Source: Vermamoeba vermiformis (lineage: Eukaryota). From it: a stretch of DNA of 64,000 nucleotides. A model generated the notes under the pieces. It was not told the origin of the DNA and did not search any database. It saw nothing but the letters and a program-made list of their open reading frames with translations. The position numbers and the translations under genes were made by a program. The first letter of the stretch is position 1; each line of letters starts with the position of its first letter. Positions 50,194 through 63,921 of the stretch are shown here, piece after piece. The stretch covers positions 372,001-436,000 of the forward strand of contig JBEWZL010000003.1 in assembly GCA_045837725.1 (NCBI GenBank). Direction: 5' to 3'.

Positions 50194-52258
50194 CTAGTCC
50201 TCGTCATCTGAACTGCTCTCAGAGCTGCTCTCACTGCGGTGTCCCGAAGTGCGCAGATTGAAGTGCAGGTGTCCGTGGTGCGCGTGATGATGGCCAGTCA
50301 CGTGATCAGGTTCATCGACCTCGTCATTGCTCTCTGAGTCACTCAATGAGCCGCTGAACTCGTCAGTCATCGACTCGTCACTCGACACTGAAGACGACAC
50401 GCTGTCATCGAGTGAACTGTCGTCGCTCATGATGATGTTGTGTTGCGGGGCCAGCGTCACTTGCGAGCCAATGTGGTCACCTGCGTGCGGATAACTGTGC
50501 GCAATGGGCTGATGTTGCACGTGATGGGCCGTGTGATGGACTGGATGTGGGACGTGAAGTTGTGGTGCGAAGGGCTGCATGACATGCTGCTGCAACACGT
50601 GATGGGGCACGTGATGATGTGCGTGGTGGTGGCCGTGATGATGGTGCACGGGATGATGAGTCACGTGATGATGGCCGTGACCGTGGTGATGGCCGTGGTG
50701 GTGGCCGTGCACGTGAGGGCCTGGATTGCCCGCAGCAGCAGGGGCGAGTTGTTGGTGCTGCGGATTTCTGAAGGGCGCACGACACGTGGGACAGAGGTGG
50801 CTGTGTTGATAGGTGCGCTCGAAACACGCGCTGTGCATGGCGTGACCACAGGGCAAGAGCGCAATGGGCTCGCGACTGTAGAACATCCACTCCTCCGAGG
50901 GACAGCCAGGACACTTGGTCTTGAGGCGTATGTTCACCTTGCACTGGTGCGTGTGCTTCACTTTGATCGACAAGCACACGCCGCACTTGTTGCAGTGCCA
51001 GTAGTCAATGTCCAGTCCCTTGCCCACGCGACAAATGCCGCAGTGGTGACAGTGGTAGATGCTCTTGCCCTCTTGATTGTCCCACAGCTTGCACACCTCG
51101 CAGTAGTAGTGCGCTATTTGCCAGCCACAGTCTTTGTTGCCGCACACTTGACTCACGGGCTGGATCGTGTTGCACTTCATGCACATCATCTCCTTGGTCG
51201 CGTAGCTGCATGTAATGGGTCAGTCGCGTGCGGACACGAGCAGTGTTCTGAGTGACTCACCGATCAATCTTGTGCGTGGAGCTCTCGTCGTGACACAAGC
51301 GGCACGGAAACAGCTTGTTGCAACAGTCCGCTAAGATCTTGCAGCCTCTGCGATCATTGGGGTATGAGTACCGCACGAGGTATATATGAAGACTAGGAAC
51401 ACTTACCTTTTGTAATGCTTGCAGCCAAGATGAAGTTTCTCTTTGTCCTGCATCCAGTAACAAGGTTAGTACGCAGTGGCTAGAAGGGAACAGACAAGTT
51501 ACCTGATAGGACGGAGAGAGGTCTTGCATAGACAAGGCAATAAAGGTCTGTTTCCAGTGTGCGCGGTTGATAATCGACGAGTGTTTGAAGTTGATCAGCA
51601 CATTCACTCCGAGCTCGAGGCGTGTTAGGCGGCGCCATATGACATTCTCCTTAGCAGCCGCGTACCATTGCTTGCATACCTGTTCGATAACGTAAGTTAA
51701 CGGTTTGGCGAAGATATTTTTTCTAATATTCGTGAGTTTTACGATCAATTCAGTAAACTCAGATCTGGTCAAGATCGAAGGAAATTTCGCCGCTTAAATA
51801 TTATCAAACCAGCTCGTCAATTTACATCGATAAATCAATTATCTGTTGTTTGAATTTCATAATTTCGATATTTAAAAGGTTTTGAATGGGTTCTTGTTGT
51901 CCTCAGAATCTAAATCAAAAACTGTTGTCCAATTAAATAGCCATTCAATCCATAGTCTGCTGTATTAAACGAAAATATCGATCATATATGTGTATTTACC
52001 GATGAGGCGAAGAGCGCTACGTCCTTGGCACGTAAGAAAGTAAACGCATGCACGAGGATTTCGAGGGGAAGCTCGTTTATGTGAATAGAGGGACGCGTGT
52101 TCTTCGATCGCTTGCCCTTGGACACTCTCGCGTCAAGGTCGCTATCCTTGCTATATTACGATGGTTCTGTTAGCGTCATGCTGCCCGCACAAAACTGATT
52201 GAGATCGGACTCACCTTTCACTTCGCTTTCGTTTCTTGCGATAAAGGCGAGTTTCCAT
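50194..52258 (-). CDS. F-box + CHY zinc finger/CTCHY/RING (Pirh2/RCHY1-like) protein with a His-rich tail
   Basis: [76 protein letters not shown] and LPCGHAMHSAC..CPTC. Confidence 0.88.
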
Positions 52259-52991
52259 CGATACTGCCTATGAGAATGCGCACTAAAGAAGTCCAGTTGA
52301 TACTTGTAGTGCGTTCTGTTGTCTCTGTTATTAATAAAAATAAGAATACAAAAATGCACCGCAAAACAACTTTTTTCCTTCGCGGGGAATCGGCTAATTT
52401 TAACTCCCGTCATCGGTTCAGTGCACAATTATTAGCCTATTCTGTTATTACGACGTCGCTCGGACCCATTTTCGCAAAATGCCTATTATGAAGCTTGGCA
52501 AAAATTACCCGATCGGATGAGTATCTTGAGACAACAAACATGCACAATTCGACAGCAATACTCTGATACCGTAATATATTTGATGGCACGATTATTGGCA
52601 GGTAAATCACCAATTTCTGGACTTATTCTATGCGGTCCTTCGGGTATTTAAAATTAAATGAACGGCAGTTTTAATCCGGCATTAACAACAACGAGGATTG
52701 TTTTAAATATGTACTTGCAGTGCGGATAATTATACAAACATGAATAATACAAAGAGATGATAATACCCGAGTATTTCGGGGCTCGGAAAAATAATGCACC
52801 GCAAACACCCGATCTAGATCGTTCTGGTGCTTGATGTCGGAGAATAAGGCAACTTTTGAGACTAAGAACAGCTTCAAAGTGCAGCGGTGTTTACAATCGG
52901 GTTTCATGACTATTTACAAAGCATCAGGGTTCAGCGCGGGATTACGTATTTGTACAGCTATAATTACAAGTGCCTAACGGATCGGATGTGC

Positions 52992-54846
52992 CTAGAACAT
53001 GGACGAGTCGCCGAGACTCTTCAAGTGACTGAGCGCATCTTTCTTGCCGTTCTCATTCACATTGATCACTTCAGGCGCGTGATAACTGGTGCCATATGCC
53101 ACCGTCCTGCGTCTGTCCTGCATCTCCGCGCGAGATATGGTGCGCGCACTGACCGAGCGATTGAGTGCGCGGTCATCCGTGGCCACGTGACTGAGGGGGT
53201 GTTCAGTGACTGCAGTCACACTGCTCATGCGCGGCACGGTGCTGGTGACACTGCGGCGCAGTTGATTGCGGGCACGTGCTTTGACACGCGTGCGCTCGTA
53301 GTCTTGAAAGGCGCGCTGCAACTCATCGCTCTTCAAGTACTCCACGGCTGCTTTGAAGTTGACGATGGTGAAGCCAATCTCGGTGGTGGAGATCTTGGTG
53401 AAGAAGAAGTGTTCGAGCATGAACACGGTGGTGTGCAGGTGTTGCAGATCTGCTTTGATGATCATGCACACCAGCAGGGGGATCCAGTCGTCTGTCGTGA
53501 TCGCTGCTTTTTCTGCAATGTGCAAAGGGTCAGTACTCTCGCCGTTCAGTGAAACAGAGCAGTCACGTGACACGTACCAGCCTGTTGCGAGTGATCAGAG
53601 TCGAAGGAGTGCGTGTAGAGGCCCTGATAGCTGTGCGTGTGACTCTTGGCCTTGAGTCCCTCGCGCACACTCTTGTCCACGTGCTCGAGACAGCTGCGAA
53701 TCAGCGAGTACTTCTCGAGCGGCGTCACGGCCTCGTGATCGATCTTGGCCAGCATGGCAGCCACGTGCTCCATGTCAATCACCTGCTGGAACTCGCGCTT
53801 GACCCCCAAGTGTTCGAGTGAGAGGCCATTGGTCGCGTAGTGCAGGATGATGGCGTGCAGGAACTGATCTTCGCTCTCGAACACTGCCGTCAGTCCTAAA
53901 AATAGCTTGGCGTACATGCCTCCCAGCACAAAACTGTCGCAACGATTAGTCAGCACGTGCCCGACACACATCGACGCACACCTACCTCTCAATCACGAGA
54001 CTGAGATCGCGCAGGACCAGACTGTTGTGCTGCACGGCGCGGAACTCTTTGTTGGCGCACAAGAGTTGTTCCACCGCGAACTCGACCAGCTGTCGCACGC
54101 GCGCGATCAACTGACTCTCAAAGCCGCGCACAATCACGTAGCTGTGTGCGAAGGACTGCACCTGACTCTGCACCTTCTTGAGCACCAGATCGTTCTCGGG
54201 CCACGACTCCAACAGCTGCCGACACTCGTCCAGCGTGCGGATCCGACTCAGCTGCGCGACACTGAGCGGACCCAAGCGCGCTGTCGAACTGGTGCGCGTG
54301 AGAGGGGCAGCAGTGCTAGAGTGTGGTGCTGGCGAGGGGCAGGAGGGGCCGTTGAATGCACAGCACACGATAGGACCGCTCAGTGCGACCGTAGAACAGC
54401 TCTTCGAAGCGGATCTGCACGGGTGTGTCGGAGGGATAGCCCGTGAGTGGTGTGAGCTGGTGGCCTGTGATGCGCACTGTGTACTGCGGACTGTTGTGCA
54501 CTGCGTAGTCATCTTCGTCGAGCGGGGACTGCTTCAGGATGTGCTTGTCTGACACCGCCAGTGAGTAACACATTGTATTTATAAATCATTGCGCGGGCAT
54601 ATTCAGTGGCAAATAAGGGATGATTTAAGGGGGTGCAGGGAATGGGCGCAGATCTGGAAATTAAATAGCAGACTTACCGACAAATGCTTGGTCGACACTA
54701 GAGAGGTCTGATAATGAGGCCTGTTGCGGCACACATAATAAATAGCCGTTATTCTCGATTTGTTCAAAAGTGGATGGGAATTTGAGTTTGACTAATTTAA
54801 AAAATTCGTTCTCGAGCAGATCTTCTTGCTGGTCGTCTGTCTCCAT
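52992..54846 (-). CDS. VPS9-domain Rab GEF with an ANKRD27/VARP-like N-terminal region and no ankyrin repeats
   Basis: EDLLENEFF..LLCVPQ, RFEELFY..SYRVLCI.RPL, TPLEK and ITTDDWIPLLVCMIIKA..EIGFTIVNFKAAVEYL. Confidence 0.85.
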
Positions 54847-55048
54847 TGATGTCTGTTATATAAATATATTTGTAGCACCAGTCTATCTATTTACAACTGC
54901 TGACTTGTGGTGCACAGATCAACACGATAAATTTGACTGGCCACAATTTTATTTCAGCACCTTAAGAGCCGATCCAACACCACTGTGCGGCCTCGTTTCT
55001 ATTATATAACACTATAGTTGATATTATAACAGTCATTCAGCCACAAAT

Positions 55049-56240
55049 ATGGTAAGCCGCGTCAGATCTGCAGCCAAGCACCGCAGCGCTGTAAATTCAC
55101 ATACATTAACGCGTTCCCCTGCAGTTTGAAGTGCTGCGCAAGGTCGACAAGGCACACGACGAGGGTATTTGGTCTGTAGCTTGGCGACGCAACAGCATCA
55201 TCACTGGATCAGCTGATGGCAAAATTAAGTGTTGGAACGAGCAATTGGAAAAACGATTTGAACACGATGCATCACCTCTCGGCGTAGTGTCTGTAGATAT
55301 GGAGACCTTTGGTGCCTGTAAGTCATATTAATTTGTGGTGAATTATTATTATTTATTTTCATTCATTCTTGTGGGCTATCAGTGCTTTGATAATAGCACA
55401 AATAACTGCTACAATACCGTCAATAATAATAATAATATTGCTCTGCGCACCGATAATAACACCCATTGCCGCACAGTGGCAGTGTCGTGCACCATGGACA
55501 GTCACCTCAAAGTCTACGATCTCGACGACCAGTCCACGACATTCGGTCACGTGATCGGAGATTTCTCCGCGGGGGCACTCGAGTCCTGGGCCACACGATT
55601 CAGTTCCAATTATGGACGCGAAGGCAAAATTCCACAAATCGCCACGACCACGCAATCAGGAGCAGTCCATATTTGGCAAGTGGAAGAGAGCGGCGACCAA
55701 TCAGCGAGCAGCAAATTGAAAGCAGCACGTGACAAGTCGCAAACACTGCAAAACACCAGTCACAAATTCGCAATGAGTCTCGATTGGTCGCGATCACGTG
55801 ATTTGATTGCCACGGGTGGCGTGGATGGCGTGGTGAGCATCTATTCACTGAAAGGTGCCAAGCCCCACGCAGTCCCCGCACACATGATGCCCGTGCGCAG
55901 CGTGTCATTCGCGAGTGACGACAAGACGGTGCTGAGTGCCTCGGACGACATGACGGTGAATGTGCTCGACACGGAGACGGGCAAGTCGATTGGCCTCTTG
56001 ACGGGCCACAGCAGTGCCGTGCTCGCCGTGCACCACCACCCCTCCAAGCCACTCGTCGCGACTGGTGGCAACGACAACAAAGTGAAGATCTGGGACCTGA
56101 CCTCGCTGGAGTGCATCACCACGCTGTCCAAGCACGAGGACGCGGTGTGGGACGTCAAGTGGCACGACAAGGGCCAGCAACTGGTCTCGGTCAGCGAGGA
56201 CCGCGCACTGATCATTTACAACGCACTCGGGGACAAATAA
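55049..56240 (+). CDS. WDR61: WD40 protein WDR61/Ski8-like
   Basis: AHDEGIWSVAW, LGVVSVD, MDSHLKVYDL, ESWATRFS, HMMPVRSVSF..SASDD, HEDAVWDVKW and LVSVSEDRAL. Confidence 0.85.
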
Positions 56241-56294
56241 AACCTGTTGTTCGAGGCGCTATTTATAGACACACTCTCTTCTACATGCGATCGT

Positions 56295-59200
56295 TCACAC
56301 CAAGTTGCGCGTGCTGTCAGGTACCTCGTCAATCTCCAGCGCGAGATCGATCATCTCCGCGATGTGCTGCAGACGAGTGACCGCGCGACACACCTCCGCC
56401 GCCTGTCGGAAGGCAAAGTACAGCTGATCGTGGTACGGCGAGTGCTGGTCGTGCAGCTCACTGATCTCGCGCACGTGGTCTGCACTCATCTCGCGCACAC
56501 TGTGTGACACTACGAAATTTCTGGGAAACAAGTTTGAGAACTGCTGTTGACAGGTGTCATTCGCTGACTTACACCGAGTCTTCGCGATCATCGCCCAAAA
56601 AGTACACGAGGTGATAGCCGCGCTTGTGCACCAGGGCTGGCACGTGTTCTTGCACGCGTGCATGGGCCTGACGACGCAACACCACCACTGGCCACCAGGG
56701 AAATCCCTCCACAAGTCACGTGTCAGTTCGTGCATGTCAGTGTGACACTTATTTGTATGTATTACCTCGACAGTGCGCACCAGGGCCACGCGCTCCACGT
56801 CCTTGCACGTGACGGGCAGTTGACGGAAGATGTGTTCCAAGTGATTGCTCTCGTTCACTGAACCACTCTCCGACGAGGACTCCACTGCTGGTTCGGCCAC
56901 ACGACTCCGAGATCGCGATCGAGATCTGGACCGTGATCTGGCGCGCGTGTTCGATCGCGATCTCCGCTCAATCTCCGGTGACTCCGTGCCGTCCATGCCC
57001 AAGTCACGTGCTTTGCGCAAGAGATCGGCATCTTGTTGCTCTTGCTCGTCGAGTTCCAGGGCATCAATCTCCTCGTGTATCTCCTCCACGGACACCAGGT
57101 ACTGCTGGCACTTGTCGAGCACGTGACGCATCACGGGATCGCGGGAAATCTCCTCGCTCACGTGACTGGTGAATTCTTCTGGTTCAGATTTGTAGCTGAG
57201 ATATTCCGCAAGTGGATAACTTCCCACGAACTTAGCTTTGCGCTTTTTCAAATCCAGCGTCAAACTGTGGTCAGATGAGTACGGAACAATATACCTAATT
57301 AGGCAAGAAGTACGTACTCCGAGATGAGTTTCTTGCTCTCTTGCTTCTTGTAACAGAGCTGATCCACCCCGCTGTACGAGATCAAGTAGTACACGTGCAC
57401 TGGCAGTGTCTGCAAGGATGTTAGCGCAGCACTACTACATTACATATATATATATATATTGGTGCATTATAGTGCTGTACTCACTTGGCCCAGTCTGTGA
57501 ATGCGACACGTGGCTTGTTTGTCGTCCGCGGGATTCCTGCCTAATTTAGTAATGTACGTGCTGGCACAGTGCCACTTACCAGGACAAGTTCATCATCACA
57601 CAGCGCCGAGCAGTCACTGAAATGAGACGTGTCAGTGGAGTCCAGAGCTAAATATAGCGCACGTACCGAGATTGATGCCGAGGCCCCCAGCACGTGTCGT
57701 GAGTACCATGCACATGAAGCCCGTGCACTCGCGGAACTGTTTGATCGTCTGTTCGCGCACATCGCGGTGATCTCTGCCGCAGAACCCGACATTGGGGAGG
57801 TGGCACTCTGCCAGCAATCTCCGCACCAGCACTGCGCAGTGTTAGACTCGACTAGCGGTGTCTAAATATAGCACTTACAGTAGGTCGGCACATCGAAGCT
57901 GAACACCACCAACTTCTCGCGTGCCAGTTGACACTGCCGCACTATTTCCAGCAACACTGCCAGCTTGGGCCCGTGCGCGAGATCAATGTCCTTCTTTGGT
58001 GCGGTGTCGCTGTCAGGCCACGCGTCGAGGTGCGTGGACAGCGATCTGGCCCGAGCGAGTGCGGCCTCAGTGGAGACGAGATTGTTGCGATAGCGGTCTA
58101 GTTGTTGCTTTTGTGCATCGGACAAGCGACACCACAGCACCGTGCTGTGCTTTGGTGGCAATTTGTCAGCCAGCGAGGACTCGTCAAAGCGTTGCAGAAA
58201 TGTGCGCAATTCTTCGTTGAGCAGGTAGGACTTGATTCGCGCGTAGTACTGCTCGTCCACTGAGGCCTGCTCTTTGTGGCCGTTCAGAATGGCACGACTG
58301 AATTTTCGTGCGAATTCGCTGGCACTGCCCCAGAAGCTCGGTACGGCGAAGTCAACCTAATAAGGCAAGTGAGTCACGTGACAGGTGTACTGCAGCACGC
58401 ACCATGGTGTGCAGTTCAGCGAGACAGTTCTGCACGGGCGAGCCAGTCAGCAAGAGGCGCTTGTTGGTCTTGATCTTTTTGAGGGTCTGGTGCACGTGAT
58501 TAGTGCCGTACAGCGATTGACACGTGTTATCCACTCACCTTGGTCATCTTCGAGTTGGGATTCTGAATGCGATGTGCCTCGTCGATGACGATGATGAACG
58601 GGTCCAGCAACAGTTGCTCGCACAGTGCTTGGGCCTCCACGGACAGGCGCGAGGGGGCCTTCTTTTTGACCTCGCTGGCACCCTGCTTGCGTGCCTTGAT
58701 CACGTGCTCGTCCTCGTCGGGCCCCTCATCAGCCGTGTCCTCATCGCACTCCTCGTCCTCGTCCAGCTCGTGGTCCAGCAGGCGCTTGAAAATGGTCTCG
58801 CTCACCAGCAACAGTCCGTCGTGTGCGGCCCAGTGCTCAATCTTGTACAGCTCGGACTCGGAGGCCGAGGACAGCAATTGACCTGTCAGCGACCTGTCAG
58901 CATCGGAGTGACGCGCAATGACACCTGTCACTCACACTTGTAGCCAGCGCGCGAGGCTCGGAACCACTTGTCCCACTCCATGTACCAGTGCATCAGCGCA
59001 TTGGCGGGCACGATCACCAGCACGTTGTAGTGATCACGTGACTGCAGCGCATCAATTTTGCGCGCGTAACGGAACACTGTGTCGAGAAAACTCAGTGACG
59101 TGAGTGTCTTGCCAAGGCCCTGGTAGATTTGTACCGTTCAGTGAATGCATCGACTAAAGAGGGGATCGATGTACCATGTAGTGAGCGAGTATACAGCCCG

Positions 59201-61371
59201 CATCTTCCTCGATCAGTCGGTGCCACGCCTTCTCCACGCCCTGACAAGTTGACAGGTGTCATTCACTGCACTGCACCACCGCCGCAACGTACCTGTATCT
59301 GATGGGGCTTGAGAATGGCGGAGAGCTCCAATGTGAGTGACACGTGAGCACTGGGCAGATTAGCGTTGAGGACGTATGGCACAGTGCCACTCGTGTCCAC
59401 CACGGGCATGGCGCGGTGTTCGCTGTGCAATTGCGCGGCTAGTGTCTTCTCGCGCTGTCGTGCGGTGTACTGGCCGAGCATTGCAGCCACGTCACTCACT
59501 GACCGCGCGTGCTCATCTGTCACGTGCTGACCGCTCTTGTGACGCTTGGCGGGCACTGCTGGCACCTCGCTGTCACTGGACGCGTCACGTGCGCGCTTCT
59601 GAGGCACGTGCGGTACAGCCCCGCGATGGTGTTCCGTCATGTTCAGCAGCACCGTGCTCAGCGTGGGGGTCTCGGGGCTGTGGATCTGCTCTAAATATAG
59701 CAACTCACCTTCCAAATAAGGATTGGCTGCCAGGGCGCGTACGAACGCAATCGCTCGCGCAGGGCCAGACAGCTTTTTCATGCGTTGATGCAACTCATGC
59801 TCCTAATAATAGAACGTCCATAAGAGGTCAGTGCTTGACACGTGTCACTGACGTACCTTAGTTGCCCAGAGATGCAGCTCTTTGTTCCGCTCTTGTTCGA
59901 CTGCTGGCTCTAGCGGCGGAGGATTGTGATTGACAGGTGCCGGATCTGACACTTCGAGATTGATCACCTCGTCGTGTTCTGGCGCAATGAATTCATCGCC
60001 CTGATCGACTTGCATGTCCTCACTGGTGTCAGTCCGCTCTTGCACCACGGTGTCTGCTGATTCCGTGCGCTCTGGTGCATTTAGCTGTCAACCTGTCAGT
60101 CGTGCAGTGACACGTGTCAATCACTTACTTTGCGACTGACAGCCAGTTCGGGATCACTGTCTATATGGGGAGGGGCCTCTTCCAGCGCTGCAAGTCGCAA
60201 CCAGTTCTCGAGTTGACAGGTGTCAAACACTGACTCCCGCAAGTACGTGTCACAGGCCTGCAACAAACTCTCCGTGCTGGTGTACGAGCCTGCCAACTTG
60301 TCTGTGAGAGCGGCCACTTGCTGTCACACAGATGTCACGTGTCAAATATTGCATGGCAGGGCAATGGACACTTACCATTTCGACTCTCGCCAGGTGCAGC
60401 TTAATCTTCTCCACAAACTTGCTGTCCTGAAGTTCGCACCACGTGTCGTAGTCATCGAGCGGCTTCTTTTCAGAGAACCACTGCTCTTTGTACTGTGCCA
60501 CTCTCGCTTTGACGTGTGTCAAATTCTCGCGATAATTCGGATGAGGTCCGTTGTATGTCCCCACAGGCATGTGCACTGCTGTCGTGGCACGTGACTTCAT
60601 GTCTGCAAAGATTGCATCGAATTTAGCACGAGCACGTGACTTGTTGGCACCCTGGTCGAAGGATACTACTGAATCACGTGATTTCTCGTCACCCCGGTCA
60701 CTAGAGTATGAATCACGTGACTGCTCCTCCTCGTCTGGGACTGCTGCTGGTTCTGTTGCAACACGTGCTTTTGCTTTCTCTTTCACTGAACGCGGTGGTG
60801 GAGGTCTTGGCTCGTCCTCGCTGACCTCTTCAGTGTATCTGGTGATCAGGGCCATGACTCCACGCGTGAATGAAATTTCCAACGTGCCCTCATCGAGCAA
60901 CTGACGCAACAGTGGCACGTGTGCATAGAGGTGCTGGATCACGTTCTTGCGCACCAACCACGTCGCAACCACTGTGGGGGGCACTGCGATGTGCAGGATG
61001 TGGTGGTGCGAGTCATAGCTCAGCGTGCAGTAGTAGCCCGTGAGGGGCGGAATGAGCTCGTTAATGCGACGCAGCACTGGCTCAGATAAGAGCGGCATGG
61101 CTGGCTCCTCCTCAGCCTCTTGCGCATCACCCTCATGGTACGACTCCTCGCTGTCCTCCTCCTCGCTCTCTTCGTCCTCTAGGGGCTCATTGAAGGCGAT
61201 GACACTCTCTTCAGACTCGGCACTCGACTCACTCGAGCCATCGCTTTTGTCTGCTGCAACGTAGAATGCGCTGCGTACCATTAGAGAGTTGCCTAGTATT
61301 GAAGCGAACTGGTAGTGCACTTACCTGAGATCTTCAGCTTGTTCGTTTAGTGTACGCGATTTAGCACTCAT
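56295..61371 (-). CDS. SNF2-family ATPase (ATRX/RAD54-like), multi-exon
   Basis: LKPHQ, GCILAHYMGLGKTL, IVPAN..W..EW.KW, IDEAHRIQN, LLTGSPVQN, TRAGGLGINL and WNPADDKQATCRIHRLGQ. The N-terminal exon joins are less certain. Confidence 0.82.
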
Positions 61372-61685
61372 AATAGTCGTGTAAAATAAGCATCATATTG
61401 TTAATTATATTGTATTTGTTGGTAAGCGAGAGAGCTGGTTTTCCGTACAGAATTAATAATTCTGTTGAGCAGATCCAGCTGTAAATGTCTAGAGGCAAGA
61501 GACGTGTGGGCGATTGCTCCTAGTGATTGACTGGCTTGAGATCGTCTTAAAATCAGCTGTTCGGATCGAGCAGTGTGTGCGAGAATGAGAAATCAAACAG
61601 AAGTGCTATTTGTTCCTGTCGGTACTAGTGACCAACCACAAGTCCTGTAGTTCACAGTAGTAGTAGTAGTTCAGAAGACGCAGAC

Positions 61686-63750
61686 ATGAGCAGCACCGAC
61701 GACACGCAATCCTCAGTGCCCTTGCAGCTGACTTGTAAGTTGGATTTAGATGGGATCTGAAAACAGTCTACACCCAGCGGTTAAATTGCATTCACAATTA
61801 TTGGCCGCAATATACTACTCACTATTGGTTTACATTCTTTTCAACATTTAATTTTTTTTTTGAAATATTATGAATTATTTTTCTCCTTGATCAGTGCAGT
61901 CAAACCTTCAACACTTGCTAACAATATGTACTATAAGACCACGAAGCTACGCAAGGAGTAGTGAGCAAGCTTCTGTCTTCTTGGAACGAGGAAAAGAAGC
62001 AACAACAGCTGGAAGCAGATCCCGTGTTGACGTACGAGTACAGCCCGAACGGTCAATTGTTAGCGCTGATTGGTGCAGAGAAAGTGCTATTAATAGAACC
62101 GTTGAGCGGTGATGTGAAGCACGTGTTGAATGTGAAAGGTGTGAAAGAAGTGCACTGGAGTCCGCGCGGCAAGTACGTGATCACGTGGGAGAATGCGAGT
62201 CACGAGGACAATTTGAAGATTTGGAGTGCCACCACCGGAGAACTGCTCCGACAGTTTGGACAGCGCTCAGTCGAGAACTTGACTTGGCCGCCCTTGCAGT
62301 GGTCGCGCGACGAGTTGATTGCAGCGCGACACATTCAGCGCGGTGAGGTGTCGTGGCTCAAATTCGACGAACAGCTGCATCTGCCGCAACCTCTGCACGT
62401 GCCTGGTCTGACGATGATTGAACTCTCGGGGGGCGAGGGCTCACCGCTCAAAGTAGCCACATTTGGTAGGTGACTGAGGCCTTGTAGCGCGCGTGTACTG
62501 ATCTGTTTGCAGTGCCTGAACACGGCAGCAACCCTGCAGTGATCAAAGTGTTTCAGTGGCCCAACTTCCAAGTGCCGCTCGTGACCAAGACCTTCTTCAA
62601 GTGTCAAGAGGTCGTGCTCAAGTGGAATGTCCAAGGCACGGCACTGCTGATCGAGACGATCAACCGACTCACCGATGCCTCGCGACAGAGCTACTACGGC
62701 AACAATGGACTCTACTACCTCGCATTCAACGCGCAGACCTCCAAGCTCACCATTGACTGCCACGTGCCACTCTCCAAAGAAGGGTCGATTCACAGCGCCA
62801 AGTGGAATCCTACTGGCAAGACCTTTGCAGTGGTGCACGGAGCTATGCCCAGCCAGACTACTATCTACGACTTGCACTGCCAACCTCTCGTGGATCTCGG
62901 CATTGCACATCGCAACACACTCTGCTACAATCAGCAAGGCACGGTGCTCGTGGTCGGTGGATTTCAAGGACTCAATGGTGACATGGACTTCTGGGACGTG
63001 TCGCGTGTGCAGCCCAACAGCTCCTCCAAGCCCACCAAGTTCACCACCTCGAACTCGTACTGCGCGCACAGTCTCGAGTGGAGCAGTTGTGGCCAGTACC
63101 TGTTGACAGCTGTGTTGCACAAGAAGCTCAAAGTGGACAACGGTCTCAAAGTCTTCAAGCTCGATGGCTCGCTCTTGCATCACATCAAATTCTCGATGCT
63201 GTTCAAAGCACACTGGCGACCACTCGACTCGGCGCAGTTCCCAGCCCCCGTCATTCCCAAGCTCAATGCGGCAGCTGCTAACTCGCCGACCACCACTGCT
63301 CCGCGCGCAGGTGCCTACAAGCACCCGAACTTCAAAGGTGGACCAACGGCCTCTACGCCAGCCCCGCGCGATGAGGGTCCCAAGCTGTACCACGCCAGCA
63401 CGGGCAACAACACGCGTCGCACACCAGCACCGCGCAGCAATGATCCTCCTGGCTGGGAACCAGCTGAAAACAAAGCTCCTCAAGGCAAGAAGCAGCAACA
63501 AGCGCGCAACACCACCCCCACCAATAATAATAATGGCACTCCTCAGCGACGCGAGAGCAACGGCGCGAAACTTGAGAACAGCCCGCAAAGTGAAGCATTG
63601 AAGAAGAAGAAGGCCTTGGTGAAGAAGTTGAAGCAGATCCAAGAGTTGAAAGAGAAGCGAGCAGCAGGGCAAGCACTGAACGCAGATCAGGTAAAGAAAA
63701 TCGAAAGCGAAGAGAGCATCCGATCTGAAATTGAACAACTTAAACTGTAA
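61686..63750 (+). CDS. EIF2A: Translation initiation factor eIF2A
   Basis: WSPRGKYVITWE, WPPLQWS.DE, KTFFK..LKWN..GTALL, SYYGNNGLY, KEGSIH..WNP, GFQGLNGDMDFWD and KLKVDNG. Confidence 0.93.
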
Positions 63751-63921
63751 TTCTTGTTATATTGCGAACAACCCTACCCAATTACTGTGAATAAAACACC
63801 CTCCATTCCCACATTGACAACAACAGCTATCACTATTGCATCACGTGCTCGAATCACCCACCGACTTTTCGCTGGCCAAAAATTTTGCTTTTATCTCGCA
63901 ATTTGAATACAAACAACAACA

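Noticed and set aside
50440-51255. 271-aa plus-strand ORF
   Set aside because: Antisense shadow of the His/Cys-rich Pirh2-like exon.
62335-63738. 467-aa minus-strand ORF
   Set aside because: Antisense shadow of eIF2A in GC-rich sequence, with no motifs.
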